Below, piece after piece: positions 55,429-64,000 of a DNA stretch of 64,000 nucleotides. How positions within the stretch are numbered: position 1 is the first letter of the stretch; each line of letters begins with the position of its first letter. A program made the translations under genes and the position numbers. Source of the DNA: Macrostomum hystrix (lineage: Eukaryota > Animalia > Platyhelminthes); assembly GCA_950097015.1 (NCBI GenBank), contig CATNEN010000029.1, forward strand, positions 4,154,001-4,218,000, written 5' to 3'. The notes beneath the pieces were generated by a model that saw nothing but the letters and a program-made list of their open reading frames with translations, searched no databases and was not told the DNA's origin.

Positions 55429-58400
55429 ATGTCGTGCAATGCATTCATTAGCTGGGAAATTCAGGATAACATCAAACTGCGCAGCATAATTTCTCAATCA
55501 ATTATTAAGCAGTCGGACAAGACTGATGGTCAGCTTGTTGGAGAGATGTAAGTTAAAATATTTTTCCTTAGTGATTAACACGCTGAATCGAAATAAACAT
55601 AAAATATATTTTATGTTGTTTGCTTTTATAAAAGTTTTTTTAGAACATGTGTCAACAAATGTCTAAACTACGTAGGTTTTAAAAAGCGGACAGAACACTA
55701 AACGAAGGCATTTAGTGCTATAAATTGAGTATAGTGTTATTAGTTATGAGTGAATTCGATAAAGCTTTGACTTTCTGAAAGTTTACATGGCTGACAAGAA
55801 AAAGAATCTTTATGAAGAGCATATTTTTTATTTTACATTTTTGAATGATTGCTGTACATTACTAAAAGCCAAAACATTTCACAAATAAAATTGTTATATT
55901 GATGCTTTCAAAAAACATGTATTTAGTAGCTCGATTTAAACCTATATGTTGCTACAGAATTTGTTCCAGAAAATGAAGAATATAAAAATACAAATACCAT
56001 AAACATTTTAAACTGTAACTTTATCTTCTGATTTAGCTATTCAAATTATATCATATTAATAAACATGTGAATTATATTGCATAATTAAAGAAATAATTGT
56101 TTGCGTTTGGTTTTAATTTCTGTTATTTATGTAAAGCTTGAAATTTAAATTAGTTTTTGCATATTCGAGCAGCAGAAAAATTTCTTGATCGAGCTTGAGT
56201 TATCTTGTCCTTCATGGTTTATGAATGTAGTCCATGTTACTTTTTCTATATTCTGTATTTTAAAAAAATTATACCGTATTAGATCACAATTGGAGCCTTC
56301 AAATTCAGTACCAGCCCAGCAGCAGCAGCAGCAGCCGCCCAAGCGCTTTATTAGCCTTTGCCCATTCGAACACCCCGAACTGACTAATCCATCCCGTGAC
56401 GCCTGCGAGCTTCGGTTGCAATGCGACGCTCATCACAACCTGAGCATCCGGTCCGTGCGCCTCGTGGCCACGGCGCGCAACGTTGAGGTGTACGACAGGC
56501 GCGGTGAGTACATCTGCGCCGTCGACAGCTCGCCATTGTCGGCTAATTGGCACGCCTTTGACTGCACCCTGCCAGATCCCAGCTGCGAGGTGAAATTCAA
56601 GGTGAGATATTGTGTCCTAATAGTAATAATTATTATATAATTATGAGTGGCAAAAGTGGCAGTGCGATTAACGCGTTTGCCTCTCGCACCAGGGTCCCTG
56701 AATCCGATTCCACGGCGTGGCGACATTTATTTGGGGCGCAGCCGCGGAGTAAAGGCTAGGCGGCTTGTCGTGCAATATACGCCCTTTAGGGCAAACCTCC
56801 AAGGCCCTGACGATGAGAAAGTCAGGGCAGATGTACACACATGCGTGAGTATGTACCTGGACAGTATCTGTGTGCGTGTGTGCTCAGGAGTCAACGAAAT
56901 GGGTAGAATGGGCAGGTCTAGTGTCACCAAACGTGTCATTGCCCACAGCACTGGTATTATTATTAGCGATATGGTCCTGCTAATTGGTAGCGAACTGGCT
57001 GAACTGCTGTGAGTTCCGGTCCGACTGTTGTACATGTATCAGGGAGCCTTGGCAATTCGCAGCTCAGGTTAAATTTCAGGTGAGTTGAGTTCACTGTCCG
57101 ACAAGATCGACCATGAAAAAAAACAGGTCCGATCTCTACTGTTTGACTGCAATGCACAATGTGCAAGCTTGTTTGTGTGTGTTCTGCTCTGGTAAGTATC
57201 TGGTAATAGTCTTGTTGGTCTCACAAATACAAGTTGCTTAAAATATTCAAACGATAGTTATCTAACTGAAAAAAAAATAGTTCGTTTGCTAATAGGAAAA
57301 TATTCAAACTGAGGGGATTACTATCAAACGGTGGTTTATTTCTAAAAATGAGGGGATATTTCTTAGAATGAGGGGATACTTTAAAAATAAGGGGATATTT
57401 CTCAAACTGGGGGGATAATCTAACAGATGAGGGTAGAATGTGCAAGCTATTGAGTGTTGCAAGTATCTATTTTAGGAATAGCCTATATCGTCTGCCCGTT
57501 GAATCTAAGAAAAGCTCTAGGGACAACCCAATAGCATTGTTAAACTTGTTCTTAACTTGTGTGTCTATAGAGTTTTCGCTGACAGAAATTAGAGGAAAAG
57601 TTTATTATAATATACGCTTGTACTATCTAATTATATTTTCTGTCGCATTTTGGACTCGGAATTCTTCAATCCGCATTCTACGTGCCCTGATTTAATTTGA
57701 TTTAATCGCGAAAAAAAATGCTTGCGCCAGGCTTTACGCCAGGGGTCGGCAAACTCCGGCCCGCGGGCCAGATGCGGCCCTCGAAGCTCCCAAATCCGGC
57801 CCGTTGCCCATTCTGACATCTACAGTGTCCTGTTTCATCTCTTTCGTGTCTAATCTCTCCCGTGTCTAATCTCTCCTGTGTCTCATCTCTCCCGTGTCTA
57901 ATCTCTCCCGTGTCTAATGTCTCCCCTGTCTTACCTCTCCCGTGTCTCATCTCTCTTATGTATCATCTTTCTGTGTCTCATCTCTCCCGTGTCTAATCTC
58001 TCCGGTGTCTCATCTCTCCCGTGTCTCATCTCTCCTGTGTCTCATCTCTCCCGTGTCTAATCTCTCCCCTGTCTCATCTCTCCCGTGTCTCATCTCTCCC
58101 GTATCTCATCTCTCCTGTGTCTAATCTCTCCCGTGTCTCATCTCTCCCGTGTCTCATCTCTCCCGTGTCTCATCTCTCCCGTGTATCATCTCTCCCGTGT
58201 CTCATCTCTCCCCTATCTCATATTTATACAGTCAATGCGGCCCGCTGTCGTCTTTTAGATTCTCTCTTTGGCCCGCCAGCAAATAAGTTTGCCTACTCCT
58301 GCTTTACGCTATTACAACAACTAAACAAAGGCAAACCTTGTTTTCTACAATTCAACAATTGTTCAGTCGTTCCTTGCTTTGCAATTGTCATGTCTCCAGG

Positions 58401-58606
58401 CCCACTGGCGCCCCCAAAAAACTATTAGTTTAGTGCTGAGTACTGCATGCGATGCTGTCCAATTGTGGCAAATTATTGCCCGCCGGGCGACAACCACCTC
58501 CGCCACGCACCTTCCATCCGCATTGGGGGGAACAATAAATCATAATGCAGTCTGTTGGGCCACTGCGACCACTGCCTGGCAATGTCCAAGCGATATATGC
58601 CTTTAA
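55429..58606 (+). CDS. C10orf88: C10orf88/PAAT-like protein (DUF4506 family), at least 3 exons; 3' end uncertain
   Basis: Exon 55429-55547 (MSCNAFISWEIQDN..., GTAAGT donor), exon 56283-56601 (CELRLQCD...IRSVRLVATARNVEVYDRRGEYIC, cf. recalled human PCFLYLRC...SIGILSSARNMEVYLGEEYCG), candidate exon 58400-58606 (LVLSTACDAVQLWQII...SALGGTINHNAV, cf. PALGSRIDLDKV). Phases consistent for all three. Confidence 0.7.
56655..56965 (+). mobile_element. Putative tRNA-derived SINE, copy A (intron of C10orf88-like gene)
   Basis: A-box-like TGGCAGTGCGATT (56657), GGTCCCTGAATCCGATTCC (B-box region, ~56692-56711), body shared with 47105-47315, ends in a (TAT)n tail at 56954-56965. Confidence 0.55.
57295..57433. 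repeat. Degenerate short array of the AAACTGAGGGGAT 19-bp family
   Basis: ~7 diverged units such as CAAACTGAGGGGATTAC, AAATGAGGGGATATT, CAAACTGGGGGGATAAT. Confidence 0.75.
57740..58301. mobile_element. hAT-type MITE (562 bp) with 8-bp TSD CTTTACGC and an internal 16-bp minisatellite
   Basis: Left end CAGGGGTCGGCAAACT at 57740, right end AGTTTGCCTACTCCTG at 58301 (imperfect TIR); CTTTACGC at 57732-57739 and 58302-58309; interior 57842-58215 = (GTGTCTCATCTCTCCC)n, ~23 copies. Confidence 0.93.
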
Positions 58607-59317
58607 ATTGAATTTATTCTGAGTTTCTCAGAGAAATAATTCATGTTTGAAATTGAAAGTGCACCTAATCAAGACTTCTATGCTACTTAGACCAATATAC
58701 TCGTAGTTGGACTCAGTATACTCAACTTCATATTTATCCACTGCTCAGTGAGAGAATAGCCCCAGTCTGGGTGTGTCCCGGATTTATTTCTTTGTTTCGC
58801 TTCTCTCTTTTATTTTACTTTTTTCCGCCTCACCGCTTAGTATCTCGCCTTGCCAATCTCTCCAGATCTTCTGGCTTGTATCTTCTCCAAGGCCTCCGTA
58901 CTCTCCCCCGGAGGCTTAAGGGCGATGGGATTTGGGCACGGCTGTCCCGAACTCCCCCAGCGACCATACCGCCCAAGCTTTGATGCCCTCCTCGTTCCCT
59001 AATCAGACAACCTCCCGCAGAGTGGCATGCAGCAGCCAGTCAGTCGTTCATTCATTCACCCGCCCAAAATTCTTCCCATCTTGGGATTTGGACTATAGGA
59101 AAAGTATTCTCACCCGCCATCCGTGACCTTGGTGGGCTAATTCTCTTTTCCACCTCCGTGTTTCATTAGTTTTTTTCTGTCGCGTGTGTGTTCCGACTTC
59201 GCTTTGTGGCCTTCTATCTTTATATTTTGTCTGCTTGAAAAGTAGCTCAGTAAGGATCAGCTTTTAGTGGACTTCGTTTCAATTTTCTCTTTCAGATTAT
59301 ATATATTTTCTTTGTAG

Positions 59318-60490
59318 GAGTGGGTGTAGGAGTAAAGTGGGTGTAGGAGTAAAGTGGGTATAGGAGTAAAGTGGGTGTATGAGTGAGGTGGGTGTAGAAG
59401 TGAGGTGGGTGTAGGAGTGAGATGGGTGTAGGAGTGAGATAGGTGTAGAAGTGAAGTGGGCGTAGGAGTGAGGTGGGTGTGGTAGTGAGGTGGGTGTAGG
59501 AGTGAAGTAGGTAAGGAAGTGAGGTGTTTGTAGGAGCGAGCTGTGTGTAGGAGTGAGGTGGGTGTAGGAGTGAGGTGGGTGTAGGAGTGAGGTGGGTGTA
59601 GGAGTGAGGTGGGTGTAGGAGTGAGGTGGGTGTAGGAGTGAGGTGGGTGTAGGAGTGAGGTGGGTGTAGGAGTGAGGTGGTTGTAGGAGTAAGGTGGGTG
59701 TAGTAGTGAGATGGGTGTAGGAGTGAGCTGTGTGTAGGAGTGAGATGGGTGTAGGAGTGAGATGGGTGTAGGAGTGAGGTGGGTGTAGGAGTGAGGTGGG
59801 TGTAGGAGTGAGGTGGTTGTAGGAGTGAGATGGGTGTAGGAGTGAGGTGGGTGTAGGAGTGAGATGGGTGTAGGAGTGAGATGGGTGTAGGAGTAAGGTG
59901 GGTGTAGTAGTGAGATGGGTGTAGGAGTGAGATGGGTGTAGGAGTGAGATGGGTGTAGGAGTGAGGTGGGTGTAGGAGTGAGGTGGGTGTAGGAGTTAGG
60001 TGGGTGTAGTAGTGAGATGGGTGTAGGAGTGAGATGGGTGTAGGAGTGAGGTGGGTGTAGGAGTGAGGTGGGTGTAGGAGTGAGATGGGTGTAGGAGTGA
60101 GATGGGTGTAGGAGTAAGGTGGGTGTAGTAGTGAGATGGGTGTAGGAGTGAGATGGGTGTAGGAGTGAGATGGGTGTAGGAGTGAGGTGGGTGTAGGAGT
60201 GAGGTGGGTGTAGGAGTTAGGTGGGTGTAGTAGTGAGATGGGTGTAGGAGTGAGATGGGTGTAGGAGTGAGGTGGGTGTAGGAGTGAGATGGGTGTAGGA
60301 GTAAGGTGGGTGTAGTAGTGAGATGGGTGTAGGAGTGAGATGGGTGTTGGAGTGAGATAGGTGTAGGAGTGAGGTGGGTGTAGGAGTGAGGTGGGTGTAG
60401 GAGTAAGGTGGGTGTAGGAGTGAGATGGGTGTAGGAGTGAGATGGGTGTAGGAGTGAGATGGGTGTAGGAGTGACGTGGTTGTAGGAGTG
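59318..60490. repeat. 17-bp G-rich minisatellite (GTAGGAGTGAG[GA]TGGGT)n, ~68 copies
   Basis: GTAGG recurs at 59581 and 59598. Confidence 0.97.
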
Positions 60491-62379
60491 GGGTGGTTAC
60501 AATAGTGAGGTGGGTGAGTGTGGTGATTGTAAGAGTGAGTCGGGTGTTAGAGCAATAAGGTCTAGTAGGGAGAATAGCAAGTGTCCTCTCTTGATGTTAA
60601 CGAAGTGTTGATATTAGCCTTAGCCTCGTATATCCCTAATTTTGTTAGAAGTTTCTGTGATTTTAAGGCAATAATTCAGAGCAGTTTAGTTTCTTTCCCA
60701 AACTGTATTTTAAGCAGCTGATGCAGATAGTCTGACAATCTTGGAGCTGCGCCTAACACACAGCACACCTGAGCCACTAGATGACCTGTCAGTCAAACAG
60801 GACGGACAGAATAGCTGCCATTCTTAATGTGACTACCAGCCACTTTCTTCACGGCGCCTGCAACTTCAACAACAATAATTGTGTTAGTCTGCGAGGTGCC
60901 TGCGCGGGAGGCTAAGAGGGAAGAGAAGCAGACAGAGCGCGCAGAGAATCCGACGGGATGTTTTTCAAGAGGGTATCCGGGGCCTTGCTGGCCTGGAATC
61001 TTAGCGCTTGCACACCGACCGGCGGGATAATTGGGAAATCATGGGCAGAAGTGATTGAAGTGCAGGACGGAGAGAGGGATTACAAACTCCCATCTGGTCC
61101 CTGATCCGCACTCCCTAGCTACCCCTCCCTTCGCCCTACCTAGAGCGACGCTACCGGACCTAGGCACTTCGTAGAATGAGTCAGGGGCCGAAAAATTCCT
61201 TAACTTTTCTGCCGGTGCCTCCTCCTCCTCCTCTTCTTATTCGTGTCGTCGCGAGTTGCTGCCCAGTTGGCTAGCACCGCCCCCACCCCCCCCCCAGCCA
61301 GATATTCTTTGCGGGGTTGGGTTCAAAAGAAGAAGCGATGATGAAGGAGGTGCGTTGCTGCGACTAGGACTGAGTGTATTCGACTTTGGCCCCATTAATC
61401 TCTCTCCTCTCTCTTTCTCATTTCCCTGGCTCTCGCTCTCTCCCTTAGCAGCAAGCAAGTCACCTCGACCTGGCGAGCGGCTAGGAAAATTAGGCACCTA
61501 AAAGTATATACTCGCCATTCTTTCTACTGCCCTCGTGACAGTGCGCCGCGGGTTGAATGGAGGGGCGGCAGGGGCGGCAGTATAATGTCTCCTGTGTCTC
61601 TACCTCACCCACCCAACCACCCACGCTCTCATCAGCAGCAGGCAGGGAAGAGCATCCCATTATCCCATCACACACTTGATTTCTTCCTACCCATCTGCCG
61701 TCTCTTTCTGTCTCTCTCCATCCACTTCGCATTCATTTTCACCTGCCGTCAGCAGGAAAGATGCAACCGACGTTTCAGCGTCCAAATCCCAAACCAAGGT
61801 GTGCCGTCTTCTTGTCCTCGCGCCGATTTGACTGAGCTTCCGCCGGCCACAAGGTGACGGTTGCGCCCTTTGATGATGCACGGGTTTCTCCTGGCCTCTC
61901 CAAGCTTGGCGGCTTCCCATTTTTTCCCTACTCAGCCACTAGAGAGCAACATGAGAGCAGAAAGACGGGGTGACTTCAGTCTAACCTGCTGCTCTTTGAT
62001 GAGAGGCTAAAAATGGCTTCATCGTCATTTCGCATTTAGCTTCCCTTCCCCCTCAACCCGAGCCCATAAACCCCCAGGAGTAATAAGGATTCTATTTGGC
62101 GTCTGTGCTTCGGCGGTTGGAGTAATGCTTTGTGTCGGCTAACGGGTTAAAGTCCCACCCAACAATGCACTTTGTCTTGATCAGTTACAGATACAAGTGA
62201 AAGTGAAACTTAGTCTGTTCAGCCTTATCCAATGACTCTATAGAGCAAGGGTGCTCAAGCAATAGCTCACTCATTTGCTGATGGAATTATTTAAATTGAT
62301 AATAAATACATTTGACTGAGAAGATAAGTAAACTCTAGGTTAAAAAACTGACTGAATTTCCTAACGGATGTGATAATCT

Positions 62380-63560
62380 CAAACTGAGGGGAAAAATATT
62401 TCAATTAAGGGGATAACAGTCAAACTAAGAGGAAAGCATCAAACTGATGGGAAAGTATCAAACTGAGAGGATAATTTCAAACTGAGGGGATTATTGCAAA
62501 CTGAGGGGATAATTGCAAACTGAGGGGATAATATTTAAATTGAGTGGATAACAGCCGAACTGAGAGGAAAGTATCAAACTGAGGGATAATTTTCAACGGA
62601 GGGATAATTTTCAACTGTGGGGATTGTTTGAAACTGAGTGGATAATTTCAAACTGAGGGGATTATTTCAAACTGAGGGGATTATTTCAAACTGAGGGGAT
62701 TATTTCAAACTGAGGGGATTATTTCAAACTGAGGGGATTATTTCAAACTGAGGGGATTATTTCAAACTGAGGGGATTATTTCAAACTGAGGGGATTATTT
62801 CAAACTGAGGGGATTATTTCAAACTGAGGGGATTATTTCAAACTGAGGGGATTATTTCAAACTGAGGGGATTATTTCAAACTGAGGGGATTATTTCAAAC
62901 TGAGGGGATTATTTCAAACTGAGGGGATTATTTCAAACTGAGGGGATTATTTCAAACTGAGGGGATAATTGCAAACTGAGGGGATAATATTTAAATTGAG
63001 TGGATAACAGCCGAACTGAGAGGAAAGTATCAAACTGAGGGATAATTTTCAACGGAGGGATAATTTTCAACTGTGGGGATTGTTTGAAACTGAGTGGATT
63101 ATTTCAAACTGAGGGGATTATTTCAAACTGAGGGGATTATTTCAAACTGAGGGGATTATTTCAAACTGAGGGGATTATTTCAAACTGAGGGGATTATTTC
63201 AAACTGAGGGGATTATTTCAAACTGATGGGATAATATTTCAATTGAGGGGATAACAGCCAAACTGAGAGGAAAGTATCAAACTGAGGGATAATTTTCAAC
63301 GGAAGGATAATTTTCATCGGAGGGGATAATTTTAAACTATGGGGATAATTTTAAACTGAGTGGATAATTTCAAACTGAGGGATTATTTCAAACTGAGGGG
63401 ATAACATTCAAACTGAGGGATAATATTTCAATTGAGGGGATAATTTTAAACTAAGGCGATTGTTTCAAACTGAGGGGATTATTTCAAATTGAGGGGATAA
63501 TTTTCAAACTGAATGGATAGTGTTCAACTAAGAGGGTAACGTTTAAACTGAGGGGGTGAG
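62380..63560. repeat. 19-bp minisatellite (AAACTGAGGGGATTATTTC)n with degenerate flanks and a 456-bp higher-order duplication
   Basis: Pure core 62650-62960; variant block at 62515-62642 repeated at 62971-63098. Confidence 0.95.
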
Positions 63561-64000
63561 AGGATAATTTGAAACGAATGGGATTGTTTGTCATCCTTGG
63601 TAGACTCATGCAATAATTTAGAGCTTATTTTCAGAATGAGTGGTTATAATAATTAGTCTGCTGTGTGAATGGCAAGAAAGTTTTCTATAGTAAAAGCCTG
63701 CTACGATAGCAACGCTACAATCGCCTAACTAGAACTAGATGCTCAAGATGAGCACATGAGAAAGGAGAGATGAGAGCTGAGCAGATTACTCCCTAGAGGA
63801 TCATCCCTGGCCCTGCCAGCCGGGATTCTCGCACCCGCCCATCGCCGTCAGCCTCATTCGATCTGACAGTTGCGGCTATTTGATACTCGTAGTACGCCCA
63901 CTAAATCCCCAAATCCGATTGAATGGCGCCTTACCGTCTATTTCCTCCCACCAGCCACTATATTTTCATTAGTTTCATTTTCTCATTGCTTTCGAGAGAA

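Noticed and set aside
56800-56830. CTGACGATGAGAAA resembling a hammerhead ribozyme core
   Set aside because: It forms a simple hairpin; the CUGANGA / GAAA / NUH three-stem arrangement is absent.

Overview
Eukaryotic (animal) genomic DNA, not prokaryotic; no CRISPR array, rRNA or bona fide tRNA seen. Minisatellite-stuffed introns, 70-90 nt AT-rich minimal introns and GC-rich CAG-rich exons suggest a free-living flatworm such as Macrostomum (inference only). Six spliced or intronless host genes were reconstructed by hand: an APPL1/2-like BAR-PH-PTB adaptor (+, 664-9717, 10 exons, 676 aa), a G-protein beta subunit (-, 14596-21717, 7 exons, 340 aa), intronless PXMP4 (+, 40307-40963), intronless RPL22 (+, 43986-44372), ZC4H2 (-, 48001-49295, 4 exons, 321 aa) and a C10orf88/PAAT-like gene (+, from 55429). 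The interval 23.3-39.9 kb is a DNA-transposon graveyard: a 3.6-kb element with ~155-bp terminal inverted repeats inserted into a spliced hAT-like transposase remnant, a hAT MITE with a perfect 8-bp TSD, a spliced Sola2-like DDD transposase pseudogene and a THAP/P-element transposase pseudogene. More than 15 distinct tandem arrays occupy roughly a quarter of the window and explain almost all long ORFs in the track. Most notable observations: a hAT MITE family that carries a 16-bp minisatellite (a possible vector for minisatellite spread), a short core motif shared by several otherwise unrelated arrays, the CATTAG-ended long-TIR element, and a 565-bp tandem duplication with a fold-back junction. 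All homology calls are from memory of family motifs; no database search was run.
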